DNA of 64,000 nucleotides from assembly GCA_050250895.1 (NCBI GenBank), contig JBFWNU010000007.1:192001-256000 (forward strand), given 5' to 3'. A model generated the notes under the pieces. The model worked only from the letters and a program-made list of their open reading frames with translations. It was not told where the DNA came from and did not search any database. Shown in pieces: positions 35,028 to 46,332 of the stretch. The position numbers and the translations under genes were made by a program. Source of the stretch: Vulcanimicrobiota bacterium (GTDB lineage Bacteria > Vulcanimicrobiota > Xenobia > Xenobiales > JADMJV01). How positions within the stretch are numbered: position 1 is the first letter of the stretch; each line of letters starts with the position of its first letter.

Positions 35028-36119
35028 CTAGGGGTGGAAGAAGAAGATCAGGGCGAAGAAGCAGTAGACGGCCAGGAACATGGCGCCTTCGAGCCAGTTT
35101 GACTCACCGTCGATCAGGGCGAAGCCCGCGATCGCCACGCCGGCCCCCAGGAATAGCAGTTCGAAGACGTTGAAGGTCAGCGTCATCGGATTGCCCATGA
35201 TGAACGAGGCGATGACCAGGACGGGGGCGACCATCAGCGCCACTTGCAGGCACGATCCCATGGCGATCTGGAAAGACAGGTCCATCTTGTTTTCTCGGGC
35301 TACCCAGATGGCCACCGAACCTTCGGCCGCATTGCCGACCACCGCCACCACCACCACGCCCACGAACAGCTTGCTGATATGCACGTGGACCAGCAGGGCT
35401 TCGATAGCCTCTACGAAGACGTCGCTGAGGTAGGCCACTGCCACGGTGGCAATCAGCAGAGTCACGATCGCCTGAGCTTTGCTCCACTCGGCCGTCTCGT
35501 GGTGGTTGTCATCAGGCATCAGCAAGAAGCGATGGGTTCGCAGGCTAAAAAGCAGGCTCAGCAGATAGATGAAGAGCAGTGTAATCGCGGCCGCCAGCGA
35601 GGCGTGCTCGGTCAGAGTCACGGCAGCCTCGGGAGTGAGTTCTTTGTCGACCCCGGTCGCGAAGGGAATGAAGCTGGGAACCACCAGGGTGATCAAGGTC
35701 AAGACCAGCATTCCGATGTTGACGCTGGCGCCGGTTTGCGAGAACTTCTGGGTAGAGTGCTTGAGTCCGCCGTAGAGCATCGAGGCTCCGAGCACCAGCA
35801 GCAAGTTGCCCAGAATCGAGCCGGTGATCGACGAGCGGACGATCTCATGCAGCCCTGCCCGCAGGGCAAAAAAGGCGATGATCAATTCGGTCACGTTGCC
35901 AAAGGTGGCGTTCATCAAGCCGCCCCAGACCGGACCCGCATAGATAGCGTATTCTTCGGTCGACTTGCCGATCAGGGTCACCGTGCCCAGAATGGTCGCA
36001 CAGCAACCGATAAAGAGTCCCCAATGACCACCCCATCCGGTAAGGTGCATTACGATGACCAGAGGCAGGCCCAGGCAAAGGGCCGAGGCTTTGGGGAGCG
36101 AGGACAAGAACTTCTTCAT
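35028..36119 (-). CDS. cax: Ca2+/H+ antiporter (CaCA/Cax family)
   Basis: NATFGNVTELI, GSILGNLLLVLG, GNAAE, GS.LQVAL and DGESNWLEG. Confidence 0.92.
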   Translation of the reverse strand: MKKFLSSLPKASALCLGLPLVIVMHLTGWGGHWGLFIGCCATILGTVTLIGKSTEEYAIYAGPVWGGLMNATFGNVTELIIAFFALRAGLHEIVRSSITGSILGNLLLVLGASMLYGGLKHSTQKFSQTGASVNIGMLVLTLITLVVPSFIPFATGVDKELTPEAAVTLTEHASLAAAITLLFIYLLSLLFSLRTHRFLLMPDDNHHETAEWSKAQAIVTLLIATVAVAYLSDVFVEAIEALLVHVHISKLFVGVVVVAVVGNAAEGSVAIWVARENKMDLSFQIAMGSCLQVALMVAPVLVIASFIMGNPMTLTFNVFELLFLGAGVAIAGFALIDGESNWLEGAMFLAVYCFFALIFFFHP

Positions 36120-36213
36120 GGCCTGCGCTCATTCCCTATAAAGGGTTCTCCACCTGCTCAAAGGGCACGATGTGCTGATAGGAGCTCGGGCCCTCGGCGA
36201 GAATGAGGTGGCC

Positions 36214-36807
36214 ATGCTTGTCCGTATCTTGATTGCCGCCATCCTACTGGGGGGGACCTGCTGGGGGGCCGAGGGGACCACCGACTCGAGCCTGTTGAGT
36301 CAGCTCAACGCCGGTCGAAAAGACGAAGAGCGGCTGACACCCGAGTCGGTGTCTTTCGTGCGTCCTGCCGAGTTTCCGAATCTGGTGCTGGTGGGCTTCA
36401 GGCAGGGCAGTTCGAACTTCCTGCTGGGCACCATCTTTGTCGACGGCCGGGCCATGTCGCCCCGCGAGGCCTCGGCACTGGTCCTTTCGGCGGCGGGCTG
36501 GGGCAAGGATGAAGCCACCCGACTTGAATTGGCCAGGCTCTGGGTCGAGAAGGTCATGCTTGCCTATGGCGACCTGCTCGTGTCCGAGCACCCCGGCGGT
36601 CAGTTCGGCAAACGCGGAAATCCTGAATTTTCCCCACCTCATCTGCGGGCCACTCCCGACGGAGGGGTACGTTTCTCGGCCTGGATCGAGGAGCCGCAGG
36701 GCACCCAGGTGGGCCAGACCTATCGGCGCACCCTCTATCTCTTTAGTCCCGAGGGCGAGATGAACCGGGTGAAGATGCTCGAGCGCTTCTATCAGATGGA
36801 GGAGTGA
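36214..36807 (+). CDS. Hypothetical exported protein
   Basis: GAGGTG RBS and signal peptide MLVRILIAAILLGGTCWG. Confidence 0.65.
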   Translation: MLVRILIAAILLGGTCWGAEGTTDSSLLSQLNAGRKDEERLTPESVSFVRPAEFPNLVLVGFRQGSSNFLLGTIFVDGRAMSPREASALVLSAAGWGKDEATRLELARLWVEKVMLAYGDLLVSEHPGGQFGKRGNPEFSPPHLRATPDGGVRFSAWIEEPQGTQVGQTYRRTLYLFSPEGEMNRVKMLERFYQMEE

Positions 36808-37828
36808 GCCTGAGCACCTTGTGGGCAAACGAGGGTAGGGGAGTGTCGGCCAGGCGATGGCGAGGCACCCAGCGGGTCTCGCCCTCGGCTACGCCGTTGG
36901 CCGTCAGTTCGACCTGATAGACCAGGCAGCGAATGCGTCTGAAGGTGATCCCGTGGCGCACCTCGCCGAGCAGCGGGCCTACCCTGACTCGGGCCCAGCT
37001 AGAGAAAAGCTGTTCGAGTTTGACCTCGGCGGCCTCGGGATGGTCGATGTCGACGCTGGGCGGAACCCACATTTTCTCGAACAGCCCTTGCGGGGCTCGC
37101 ACCAGCAAGAGTTCGCCCGCCTGCTCGACCTGAGCGGCCACTCTCAGCACGTCCACGGTTTCTCGCTTCTTCCTGGGCGGCGGGATCGACTCGGCCAGAC
37201 CGAGCCGGCGGGCCAGGCAACCATTCCGCAGCGGACATTGCCGGCATTTGGGCTGGCGGGGGCGACAGACCAGCGCCCCCAATTCCATGACCGCCTGGGT
37301 GAAGTCGCCGGCCCGCTCGGGCGGGATGGCGGTTTGCACCGCCTGGACCAGCCGGCGACGCACGGCTACTCGTGCTGGATCCTCGGTCACGCCGTAGTAG
37401 CGAGCGAAGACCCGAATAGCATTCGTGTCGAGAGCCACGCACGGCTGGCCGAAGGCGATGCTGGCCACGGCAGCCGAGGTGTAGTCACCGATACCGGGAA
37501 GAGCAGCCAAAGCATCTCTACTCGGCGGAAAGCCGCCGCAGGCCACCAGAGCTTGCGCGGTTTCCCACAGACGGCGGGCCCGCGAGTAGTAGCCCAGGCC
37601 CGACCAGGTGGCCAGCACCTCTTCCAGGCTGGCTTGGGCCAGGGACTCGTAGGTGGGAAAACGCTCGGTGAAGCGAACAAAGTGGCCTTTCACGGCCTCG
37701 ACCTGGGTCTGTTGCAGCATGACCTCCGAGACCAGAATGGCGTACGGGTCGGAGGTGTTTCGCCAGGGTAGGTCGCGCCGGTTCTGGGTGTAGAAATCGA
37801 GTAAGGCTGCGACGTTCTGGGGCACCAT
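36743..37828 (-). CDS. mutY: A/G-specific adenine glycosylase
   Basis: RDLPWR, SEVMLQQT, WSGLGYYSRA, LPGIGDYT, an Fe-S motif C-x6-C-x2-C-x5-C and a C-terminal NUDIX-like domain. Confidence 0.93.
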   Translation of the reverse strand: MVPQNVAALLDFYTQNRRDLPWRNTSDPYAILVSEVMLQQTQVEAVKGHFVRFTERFPTYESLAQASLEEVLATWSGLGYYSRARRLWETAQALVACGGFPPSRDALAALPGIGDYTSAAVASIAFGQPCVALDTNAIRVFARYYGVTEDPARVAVRRRLVQAVQTAIPPERAGDFTQAVMELGALVCRPRQPKCRQCPLRNGCLARRLGLAESIPPPRKKRETVDVLRVAAQVEQAGELLLVRAPQGLFEKMWVPPSVDIDHPEAAEVKLEQLFSSWARVRVGPLLGEVRHGITFRRIRCLVYQVELTANGVAEGETRWVPRHRLADTPLPSFAHKVLRLTPPSDRSARASSPGSSRPRD

Positions 37829-37952
37829 GCAATCGCCCCGCTTCGTCCTGCTAGCAACGTGTTCCCCCATCGAAAACCGCCACCTTTCACGAAGGTCCGG
37901 AAAGGTGGCGGGTAGAATATCGGCAAGGACGCGCAAACAAAAGGAGTGCATA

Positions 37953-39065
37953 ATGGATACAACGATGGGTCAAGAAAATGTGCTGGAGGCTGGTGTCCTT
38001 TCAATCGACGACCTCCTACACCTGATGGTGGAGCGTGGCGCCTCCGACCTGCATATCAAGCAGGGTAGCGCACCCATGATTCGTGTCGACGGCGAGTTGA
38101 CCCCGGCGACGTACGAAATCCTCACCGCCGACGCCGTGCGCGCGATGTGCGAAAGTATCCTTACCGACGAGCAAAAGGCGAAGTTCATCGCCGAGAAAGA
38201 GCTCGATCTGGCCTATTCGGTGCCCGGACTCTCCCGTTTCCGCGTAAATATTTACCTGCAGCGCGGCACCTGGGGCAGCGCCCTTCGTGTGATTCCCGCT
38301 CGCCCGCTGAGTCTCGACGAGTTGAAGATGCCCCCGATCATCAAAGATCTGGCTCTTCGTCCGCGTGGTCTGTGCCTGGTGACCGGGCCTACGGGTTCGG
38401 GCAAGTCGACCACCCTGGCCGCCATGGTCAACCATATCAACGAGAACAAGCGCTGCCACATCGTGACCATCGAAGACCCGATCGAGTTCCTGCACAAGGA
38501 CAAGAACTGCGTCATCTCGCAGCGCGAGGTGGGCTTCGACACCCACAGCTTCTACAACGCTCTCAAACACGTGTTGCGTCAAGACCCCGACGTCATCCTC
38601 ATCGGTGAGATGCGTGACCTCGAGACCACGGCCATCGCGATCTCGGCCGCGGAAACCGGCCACATGGTGTTCGCTACCTTGCACACCAACTCGGCGGCCA
38701 CCACGGTCGATCGTATCATCGACATTTTCCCCCCTCACCAACAGGCCCAGATTCGAATGCAGCTGTCGGTGACCCTCGAAGGAATTCTCTGTCAAACCCT
38801 GGTCCCGAAAGCCAAGGGCGGTGGACGCGTCATGGCGATGGAAATCATGCCGGTAATTCCGGCCGTGCGAAACATCATTCGTGAAGGAAAAAGCCACCAG
38901 ATTCCAAACGCCATTATGTCGGGTAGTCAATGGGGCATGCTCAGCATGGACATGGCTCTTCGAAACCTGTATCAGCAGGGGCTGATTACTTACGAAGATG
39001 CCGTGGCCAAGTCGTCTAGCGCCGAAGAGTTCAACCGACTCGTCGGCGGTGGGGGCCCGCAGTAG
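37953..39065 (+). CDS. pilT: Type IV pilus retraction ATPase PilT
   Basis: GASDLH, GPTGSGKSTT, TIEDPIE, RQDPDVILIGEMRD, TLHT and AVRNIIRE. RBS AAGGAG, with TAGAAT upstream. Confidence 0.95.
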   Translation: MDTTMGQENVLEAGVLSIDDLLHLMVERGASDLHIKQGSAPMIRVDGELTPATYEILTADAVRAMCESILTDEQKAKFIAEKELDLAYSVPGLSRFRVNIYLQRGTWGSALRVIPARPLSLDELKMPPIIKDLALRPRGLCLVTGPTGSGKSTTLAAMVNHINENKRCHIVTIEDPIEFLHKDKNCVISQREVGFDTHSFYNALKHVLRQDPDVILIGEMRDLETTAIAISAAETGHMVFATLHTNSAATTVDRIIDIFPPHQQAQIRMQLSVTLEGILCQTLVPKAKGGGRVMAMEIMPVIPAVRNIIREGKSHQIPNAIMSGSQWGMLSMDMALRNLYQQGLITYEDAVAKSSSAEEFNRLVGGGGPQ

Positions 39066-39093
39066 CCGCGATTTCCCGGCTTGACCGTGCAGT

Positions 39094-39111
39094 GACCCGC
39101 TCCGGCGGGTC
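39094..39111 (+). other. Intergenic hairpin between pilT and the pilU-like gene
   Basis: GACCCGC-TCCG-GCGGGTC followed by a T-rich stretch. Confidence 0.5.
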
Positions 39112-39144
39112 CATCTATTTTCAATCAGGAGGCAACCGAGTCGC

Positions 39145-40215
39145 ATGAATGTTGAAGAACTGTTCACAACGATGGTGGAGCAGCGGGCTTCGCATATCCA
39201 CCTGGTCCCGGGCAGTCCCATCATGATGCGTCGCAACAATCGGCTCGAACCCATGGGTGGGCACATTCTCTCCCCAGACGAGACCAGGGTTGCTGCCGAA
39301 GCGATGATGACCGAGGTCCTCCTCGAAGAGTTCTACGAAAACATGGAGACCGACTTCTCGTTCTCGGTCCCCGGCCTTTCACGTTTTCGTATCAACTGTT
39401 TTCGTCAGCGCGGCTCGGTGGCGGTGGTGATTTCGACCAATCCTCCCGCGCCGCCCCGGATGGAAGAGCTAAACCTGCCGGATGTGGTGAAAAAGATCGT
39501 GGCCGAATCGGGTAGCGGCGGCATGATCATGATTACCGGCCCCAAGTCGTCGGGCAAAGCCCACACGCTGGCCGCTCTGGTGAGCAACCTGCTCGAATAC
39601 CAACAGTGTCAAATCGTTTCTATCGAGAATCCCATCGACTTTCTGCACAAGAATCGCCGCGGCGTGATCTGTCAGCGCGAGATCGGTACCGACTGCCTGT
39701 CTTATGAGTCGGCCTTTAAATCGTTGCTTTATCAGGGCGCCGACATCGTGGTGGTGACCGGCGTCGACGAGTTCTTCGTGGTCGACCGCGTCCTCAACAT
39801 GGCCGCTGGTGGCAACCTGGTGCTGTGCACGGCCAACTCGCCCAGTGCCCTGGTTTTGCTCGAGAAGATGGTGGATATGTATCCCCCCCACTTGCATCAA
39901 CAGGCTCGCACTTTGCTGTCGGTGGGTTTGCGGGCTTGCATTTCTCAGACGCTGCTACCGCGCGCCTCGGGTGATGGCTTGATTCCGGCCTTCGAGGTTT
40001 GCCTTGGCACGCCGCAGGTGGCCTCGCTCATCCGCGAGGGAAAATTCTTCCAGATTGGTAGCGTCATGGCGACCTCCGGCCGCGAGGTGGGCATGTCCAG
40101 TCAAGAGATGGCCTTGCGGGCCCTGGTCAAGAAGAACATGGTCACCGAAGAAGAGGCTTATCGTCGCGCCTTGAGCCCCGAGGCTTTCCGCAAGATGATG
40201 TCGCTGCCGTACTAG
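39145..40215 (+). CDS. PilT/PilU-family paralogue with degenerate ATPase motifs
   Basis: [26 protein letters not shown] and QREIG. Walker B reads VVVTGVDE and the His box reads TANS. RBS AGGAGG. Confidence 0.85.
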   Translation: MNVEELFTTMVEQRASHIHLVPGSPIMMRRNNRLEPMGGHILSPDETRVAAEAMMTEVLLEEFYENMETDFSFSVPGLSRFRINCFRQRGSVAVVISTNPPAPPRMEELNLPDVVKKIVAESGSGGMIMITGPKSSGKAHTLAALVSNLLEYQQCQIVSIENPIDFLHKNRRGVICQREIGTDCLSYESAFKSLLYQGADIVVVTGVDEFFVVDRVLNMAAGGNLVLCTANSPSALVLLEKMVDMYPPHLHQQARTLLSVGLRACISQTLLPRASGDGLIPAFEVCLGTPQVASLIREGKFFQIGSVMATSGREVGMSSQEMALRALVKKNMVTEEEAYRRALSPEAFRKMMSLPY

Positions 40216-40217
40216 TT

Positions 40218-41495
40218 ATGCTCGATCCAAAACTCGTTCGCAACCAGCCGGAACAACTGGTGGAGGCTTTGCGCCGTCGCCGGATGGACACCGATGTCGT
40301 AGAGACCCTGCGCAAACTCGACGAAGAGCGTCGCGACCTGATTCAGAAGGCCGACGAACTCAAGCAGCAGCGCAATGTCGTTTCCAAGGAACTGGGTGAC
40401 CGCAAGAAGGCCGGCGAAGACATCTCGGAGCAAGCCTCGCGTATGCGCGAGGTCGGCAACGAGATCAAGGCCATCGACGCCCGTCGCACCGAAGCCGAGG
40501 CAGAGTTTACCTCGATTCTCGAGCGTTTGCCGAACCTGCCCGACGCCAGTGTGCCCAGCGGTGAGTCGGCCGACGACAATGTCGAGGTTCGTCGCTGGGG
40601 AGAACCCAAAGTCTTTGATTTTGAGGCCAAGGCCCATTGGGACCTGGGCGAGGAACTGGCTATTCTCGACTTCAAGCAGGCTGCCAAGATTTCCGGCTCC
40701 CGTTTCTGGGTGTTGCGCGGCGCGGGGGCGCGGCTCGAGCGGGCGCTGATCACGTTCATGCTCGATCTTCATACCCGCGAGCACGGCTATACCGAGATTC
40801 TGGCCCCGGCTCTGGTGACCGGTAGCACCCTCTACGGCACCGGGCAACTGCCCAAGTTTGCCGACGAGTTGTTTCACTGCGAGGGCACCGACCTCTATCT
40901 GATCCCGACCTCCGAGGTGTCCATCACCAGCATTCACGGCGGAGACATTCTCGAGAAAGACTCGCTGCCGCTTCATTACACCGGTTTTAGCCCCTGTTTT
41001 CGGGCCGAGGCGGGCGCGGCCGGCAAGGACACCCGGGGACTGGTTCGGGTGCACCAGTTCCACAAAGTGGAGATGATCAAGCTGACGCTCCCCGAGAACT
41101 CTTTTGACGAGCTCGAGGCCATGGTCAGAAATGCCGAAAAGGTGTTGCAGTTGCTAGAGATCCCGCATCGGGTGGTGGCCTTGTGCGACGCCGACATGGG
41201 ATTCGGAGCGGCCAAGACCTACGACATCGAGTTCTGGTCGCCCCCCCAGGATCGTTGGATCGAAATCTCTTCGTGCTCGAACTGCACCGACTTTCAGGCT
41301 CGCCGAGCCGCCATTCGTTACAAGCAGCCGGGCAACCCCACCGAGTTCGTACATACCCTGAACGGTTCGGGGCTGGCGGTCGGACGCACGATGGTGGCCA
41401 TTCTCGAGAATTACCAGCAGGCCGATGGATCGGTGGTGATCCCTGAGGCTCTTCGCCCCTACATGGGAGGTCAGGAAAAGCTGACACGTGGCTAG
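40218..41495 (+). CDS. serS: Serine--tRNA ligase
   Basis: MLD.K, coiled-coil arm, [36 protein letters not shown] and [11 protein letters not shown]. Confidence 0.98.
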   Translation: MLDPKLVRNQPEQLVEALRRRRMDTDVVETLRKLDEERRDLIQKADELKQQRNVVSKELGDRKKAGEDISEQASRMREVGNEIKAIDARRTEAEAEFTSILERLPNLPDASVPSGESADDNVEVRRWGEPKVFDFEAKAHWDLGEELAILDFKQAAKISGSRFWVLRGAGARLERALITFMLDLHTREHGYTEILAPALVTGSTLYGTGQLPKFADELFHCEGTDLYLIPTSEVSITSIHGGDILEKDSLPLHYTGFSPCFRAEAGAAGKDTRGLVRVHQFHKVEMIKLTLPENSFDELEAMVRNAEKVLQLLEIPHRVVALCDADMGFGAAKTYDIEFWSPPQDRWIEISSCSNCTDFQARRAAIRYKQPGNPTEFVHTLNGSGLAVGRTMVAILENYQQADGSVVIPEALRPYMGGQEKLTRG

Positions 41496-42642
41496 GTCCC
41501 TGGGTGGACCGGTCGACGTGGCCGTGGTAGGGGCCGGTATCACGGGTCTCGCCACGGCCCTTTTCTTGCGCCGGTCTGGAGCTTCGGTGGCTGTCTTCGA
41601 GGCCGGCCCTGTAGCGATCGCCGGCTCGGCTCGCAACGCTGGAGTGGTGGTCCCGGGTCTCAACGAACATTACCACACCCTGGTAGAAGCTCTAGGTCGT
41701 GAGGTGGCCCGCCAATGGTGGGAATTTTCGGCTGCGGGCATCGCGGCCCTGGACGGATTGGCGCTGGAGGTGCAAGAACCCACCTGGCGCCGCGGGGCGG
41801 CTATGCTGTTGGCCGCCAATTCCGCCGAGTTGGCCGAAATGACCGGTTCCTCTCGCGAGTTGGCCGAGGACGGCTTCGAGTTTCGTCTGATGGGCGCCGG
41901 GGCCGCCAGCAACTATGTGCCGGTAGGGGAGTGTGAAGGGGCCTCGTTTTTCTCCGGCTCGGCCTGCTTCGAGGCGGCCGGCTTCCTGCGCCGCCTGGCT
42001 CAGACGTTTTTGGATGGGGGAGGGTCTCTCTTCGATTCGACCCCTGTGCTCGAAGTCAACGCGGGACAGGCCGTCGAGCTACTCACGCAGGCCGGCACTC
42101 TACAAGCTGAAGTGGTGGTTCTGGCGGCCGGTGCGCATTCGTTGGAACTGGTGGGGCACCGGCAGAGAGAGTTGATCTTTCCGTTGAGGGGCCAGGCCTT
42201 TGTGACCGCCCCGGTGCGCCAGGGCCCGCGCAGTTCGGTGGTGGCGGTCCTGGCGAATCGTGGTCACGAGGTCTATCGCAGCACTAGCAGTCAGGCAGTG
42301 GTAGTGAGCGGTATCAATCCCGGCTCCGGACCAAAAGAGAAGACGGACCAGGCAGAGGTCGATTTGATCTTTCAACAATATCTCGAGGAGGTCGCTGGTC
42401 GCCGGCTGTCCGAGATCGCCCTGGTCGAGGTTGGCCAACGCTGGGCCGAAGTGCACACCTTTTCGGTCGATGGTCTGCCGCTGATCGGGTCCTTGCCCGG
42501 CCAGCACAAAGTCTTCGTGGCGACAGGCTTTAGCAATCGTGCCTGGTCACTGGGAGTGGCCGCCGCCCAGGCTCTGGCCGAACAGCTCGCCGGCCAGAGC
42601 AACCGGCTGCCCCCTGGTTGCTCGCCTCGGCGATTTTTATGA
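41488..42642 (+). CDS. FAD-dependent oxidoreductase (DAO/DadA family)
   Basis: [10 protein letters not shown] Rossmann motif, [14 protein letters not shown] and DGLPLIG..ATGF. Confidence 0.88.
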   Translation: MARSLGGPVDVAVVGAGITGLATALFLRRSGASVAVFEAGPVAIAGSARNAGVVVPGLNEHYHTLVEALGREVARQWWEFSAAGIAALDGLALEVQEPTWRRGAAMLLAANSAELAEMTGSSRELAEDGFEFRLMGAGAASNYVPVGECEGASFFSGSACFEAAGFLRRLAQTFLDGGGSLFDSTPVLEVNAGQAVELLTQAGTLQAEVVVLAAGAHSLELVGHRQRELIFPLRGQAFVTAPVRQGPRSSVVAVLANRGHEVYRSTSSQAVVVSGINPGSGPKEKTDQAEVDLIFQQYLEEVAGRRLSEIALVEVGQRWAEVHTFSVDGLPLIGSLPGQHKVFVATGFSNRAWSLGVAAAQALAEQLAGQSNRLPPGCSPRRFL

Positions 42643-44286
42643 TTCGGCCGGAGTGTTGGCGATGATTTCGCGAACGATGTTCTGGAAGTGGGGGAAGATC
42701 TCGGGATCGAAGTGGCCATCGGCCATCTCTTCCATGATCGAGAGGGCCTTTTCAGGAGTAAATCCTTTGGCCTTCCCGTCGGCGCCGAGGCGATAGACAC
42801 GCGGAGTGGTCAGCGCGCTCCAGACGTCAGCCACGGTCATGATCCGAGCCAGCAGCGGGATATTGGTGCCACTCAGGCCGTCGGGATAGCCCTGGCCGTT
42901 CCACTTTTCGTGATGGGCCCGGACGATGGCCACCAGGTCGTCCATGCCAGGGAGGTCGCGGAAGAAGTCGGCCGAGCGGGCGGCGTGGGTCTTCATCTCG
43001 TCGAATTCGGCGTCGGTGAGCTTGCGGGGAGCGTTGAGAATCGCCTCATCGATGAAGATCTTGCCGACGTCGTGTAGCTCGGAGCCGATCCGCATATACT
43101 CCATCTGCTCGCGGTCGAGGCCCATTCGCTCGGAAATCTTCAGAGCCATGTCGCGCACGTCCATGGAGTGACGGTAGGTATAATTGTCTTTGAGGTCAAG
43201 GGCGATGACCATCATCCGCATGACGTTGAGCTGGGCTTCGGCTCGCAATTCACGGTATTTACGAACGTTCTTTTCGAGAGCGGCTACCACCCGGGGATTG
43301 TACAGTGTCCCCGAACCTGCCTGGATCTTCTCGAGAGCGGCCTGCTCGTTTTGATTGCGATAAGCCGGGGCCCGCTCCATCAAGAAGTCGTCGGCGACTT
43401 TCAAAATCTGGGCCTCGAGGGGCATCAGGCGAAAATCGGTCTTGCCCAGGTGGGCGATGAAGCTGACGAGTTCGTGAAGATTTTGATTTGGCTCGAGAAT
43501 GGTGACGGCGTCTTCGAAGATCTTGCCCATCTTGGCCTGTTCTTCGTCATTGAGTTCGCCGCCCGTGCGCTCGCGAACCACTAACTCGCGGGGCAAAGCG
43601 ACTTTGCCGATCTCGTGCAAGTAACCGGCAAACAGAATCTCTTCAGAAACCATTGGGCACAGCATTTTGCTCATCTCGCGGGCGAGTTGGCCAGTTTCTT
43701 TGCAATGCTCGACTTGCGATTGACCCCCGGCTGCCTCGTTGAGTTTCATCAACAGATCGAGATAGGAGTAGTCGAGCGCCAGCGAGCGGTTGGAGAGGAA
43801 CTTGCCACGGGCTTCCTGAGTGAAGCCGACCGCTTCTAGCAAAGACACTCGCTCTGAGATGAGGCGGTTCATCTTTTCGGCAAGCTCTGGGATGCGGCGC
43901 ATCAGCACGGTGAAGTCGTCGCGCATGAGCACCAGGGTGCTGACCTGGTTGACCGCTTTGACGGTGGCCGAACGAGGTTGATCGATGACCAGCGCCATCT
44001 CGCCAAAGCCTTCACCGGGGCCGAGCTCAGATAGCACCAACTCGGCTTCGGACTCGGGATCCTGGCGAATCACCCGCACATGGCCCGACCGGATAATGTA
44101 AAAACAGTCGCCCATTTCGCCCTCGGATACGATCACTTCGTCTGGCTTGAAGTTTTTGGCGATGAGCTTTTGGGCGATCGACTCGATAACGCTGGGCGTG
44201 AGCGAGTAGAACAGCGAATTCGAAGCAACAAATTCGGGGATGGTCGACTTCGGAGTCAGCGTGCTGTGGTCGGACATGATAGACAT
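42637..44286 (-). CDS. cNMP-binding domain + degenerate HD + intact HD-GYP phosphodiesterase
   Basis: EGEMGDCFY..GFGEMAL..PRSATV. The C-terminal domain has HS, LHDVGK, HHEKWNGQGYP, VAD and R.YR. The middle domain has LHEIGK without HHE/GYP. Confidence 0.9.
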   Translation of the reverse strand: MSIMSDHSTLTPKSTIPEFVASNSLFYSLTPSVIESIAQKLIAKNFKPDEVIVSEGEMGDCFYIIRSGHVRVIRQDPESEAELVLSELGPGEGFGEMALVIDQPRSATVKAVNQVSTLVLMRDDFTVLMRRIPELAEKMNRLISERVSLLEAVGFTQEARGKFLSNRSLALDYSYLDLLMKLNEAAGGQSQVEHCKETGQLAREMSKMLCPMVSEEILFAGYLHEIGKVALPRELVVRERTGGELNDEEQAKMGKIFEDAVTILEPNQNLHELVSFIAHLGKTDFRLMPLEAQILKVADDFLMERAPAYRNQNEQAALEKIQAGSGTLYNPRVVAALEKNVRKYRELRAEAQLNVMRMMVIALDLKDNYTYRHSMDVRDMALKISERMGLDREQMEYMRIGSELHDVGKIFIDEAILNAPRKLTDAEFDEMKTHAARSADFFRDLPGMDDLVAIVRAHHEKWNGQGYPDGLSGTNIPLLARIMTVADVWSALTTPRVYRLGADGKAKGFTPEKALSIMEEMADGHFDPEIFPHFQNIVREIIANTPAES

Positions 44287-44289
44287 CGG

Positions 44290-46317
44290 CTAGGTATTTG
44301 ATCCCTCTCGGTTTATCACCTGTTCAACGAGCGGGTCGAGTTCAATCAGACCCTTCTTCTCCATTTCCCCATGCAGCACCGCGAAAACCTTAAGTGGCTC
44401 TTTTTTGCCCTTCACGAAGATGTCGTCGAGCTCTTCGAAGAGCGCTCCGTCGCCGGCCAGGCGGCGGGTGCTCTCGGTAACCAGCACCGGAGCGTTGTAT
44501 TCCTTGGATTTCCCCTGGACTCGGGCCGCAGCGTTGGTGGGGTCGCCGATGGCCACCAATTGCTTGCGGCGAGTCGTGCCCATAAAGCCAAAAGAGATAG
44601 GGCCAGTGCAGATTCCGATACCGGTTTCGGGAACGTGACGGCCGCTTTCAGCCCACACCTTCCGCATCGCCTCCAGCGTCACGATCATTTCGGCGCCAGC
44701 CAGGCAAGCGGCGGCGGCATGGTTGGGCTGGGACTCGGGCACCAACCCGAAGACCACCATTTGGGCGTCGCCCTGATAGTCGAAGACCAGCCCCCCACGG
44801 CGTTCGAAGATGTGGCCCACCGCTCCGAAGTAGTCGTTGAGCGTGTCCAATACCGTGACAGCGTCGAGCTGCTCGGCGAACGTGGTGTAGCTGCGCAAGT
44901 CACTAAAGAGGATCGTAAGTTCGCGGGCTTCGCCTCCCAGCTTGATTCCCTGAGCCAACAACTTGTCGGGCTCGACCACCGGGCAAACCTGCTGGATGAG
45001 GTCGAGAAATTCTTTGCGGTCGCGCTGAAAGTGGAGCACGGTGGCCACCAGTTGGACGAGAACGACGCCGGTGGCGGGCGCAAAATAAGGCAGCATTGTG
45101 CCGCCGGTCGCCCAGTTGGCGCCGGTATAGGCCACGTAGTTGCCGTAGCTCATGACGCCCAGAGTCAGTGCCGAGAAGGCGGCCCCCGAGCCATGGGAGG
45201 TGCTTCCATCGATCAGTGCCACCAGCAACGGCAGCCCGAGTAAGAGAAAGACCACCCCGCCCACTCCGATACGTCGGATCGGGTTCTTCATAAACAGATT
45301 GAGCAGCAGGTTGGTCTGAACCTCGGGCCCGCTCATCATGCCCAGGATGGTGTGGGTTCGGTCCGTGCCGGCCGTGGCCGAGACCCCGACCAGGGCGATG
45401 AAGTCAGAAGGGAAAGCGTCGTTCTCGGATACTTGGAGCAGGTCCGCCAGGCTGAGCACCGGGATGAGCTTCTTGAGGCTTTGAGCCTGACGGCTGTCGG
45501 TGCCGGCGATGTTGACCAATTCTGAGGTTCCCAGCTGGTCCGGCGACTCGGTCGGGACGTCGGCCGACATCCCCTCGGCGGCATAGTTGACGTTGAGGGA
45601 ATGAAGAGTCAGTTCATACTGTTTTCCGGGAAAGCGGGTATGGACTGGGTCGAGCTTGAGCGATTGCACCACCTGCTCGGGGGTTTGGTCGGTATAGTGG
45701 GCATAGGCCACGGTCATCAAGGAGTAATAGACCTGACCTTCACTCTCGACCCGAACCAGCACGTCGGCCGACTCAGGTGACCAGCTGTTGACAAAGCCAA
45801 GGCGTCCCTCGGCCCGGTTCGGGTCCATCAGTTCGGGTGGGGGCTGATGCTTCTCGAGATGGGTCCCTTCAAAGTCTAGAGCCATGCCGACCACCACTTT
45901 GGGGTCATTGAGGGTTTCGGTCAGGAGTCGATCTTGTTCGGGCTTGCCGCTGGGCTCGAGAAAGAGCAAGTCGAAGGCGATGGTTTTGGCGCCTGCCTGC
46001 TTGAGTTTGCGGGTTACTTCGGTATAGATGCCTCGAGGCAGGGGATAGGTTAGATTCAGCTGCTCCAGGCTGGCGTCGTCGACCAGCACCAACACGATCT
46101 TGTCAGCGAGTTCGGTCGGCACCTTCATGTCCTCTAGCCAGCGGCGGGCCCAGACCTCATAAAGCCGCTGGTCGAGGCGACCGAATACCTGGCCGGCCCG
46201 TTGGTTGACCTCACCCTGGTTGATGGCCAGCAGAATAACCCCCACCACGACAGCAACACCGACCAGGACGAGTCGGTGTTGCTTTTTGAGGCTATTCGTG
46301 AACAGTCGTCGCAGCAA
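44290..46317 (-). CDS. CHASE2 + class III nucleotidyl cyclase
   Basis: IVLVLVDDASL, YPLPR, GAKTIAFDLLF and MSGPEVQ (CHASE2), 3 TM helices, then FSDLRSYT, GDAQM, GIGICTG and IGD.TN.AAR. Confidence 0.9.
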   Translation of the reverse strand: MLRRLFTNSLKKQHRLVLVGVAVVVGVILLAINQGEVNQRAGQVFGRLDQRLYEVWARRWLEDMKVPTELADKIVLVLVDDASLEQLNLTYPLPRGIYTEVTRKLKQAGAKTIAFDLLFLEPSGKPEQDRLLTETLNDPKVVVGMALDFEGTHLEKHQPPPELMDPNRAEGRLGFVNSWSPESADVLVRVESEGQVYYSLMTVAYAHYTDQTPEQVVQSLKLDPVHTRFPGKQYELTLHSLNVNYAAEGMSADVPTESPDQLGTSELVNIAGTDSRQAQSLKKLIPVLSLADLLQVSENDAFPSDFIALVGVSATAGTDRTHTILGMMSGPEVQTNLLLNLFMKNPIRRIGVGGVVFLLLGLPLLVALIDGSTSHGSGAAFSALTLGVMSYGNYVAYTGANWATGGTMLPYFAPATGVVLVQLVATVLHFQRDRKEFLDLIQQVCPVVEPDKLLAQGIKLGGEARELTILFSDLRSYTTFAEQLDAVTVLDTLNDYFGAVGHIFERRGGLVFDYQGDAQMVVFGLVPESQPNHAAAACLAGAEMIVTLEAMRKVWAESGRHVPETGIGICTGPISFGFMGTTRRKQLVAIGDPTNAAARVQGKSKEYNAPVLVTESTRRLAGDGALFEELDDIFVKGKKEPLKVFAVLHGEMEKKGLIELDPLVEQVINREGSNT

Positions 46318-46332
46318 TGCCGCGCCTTCTGT

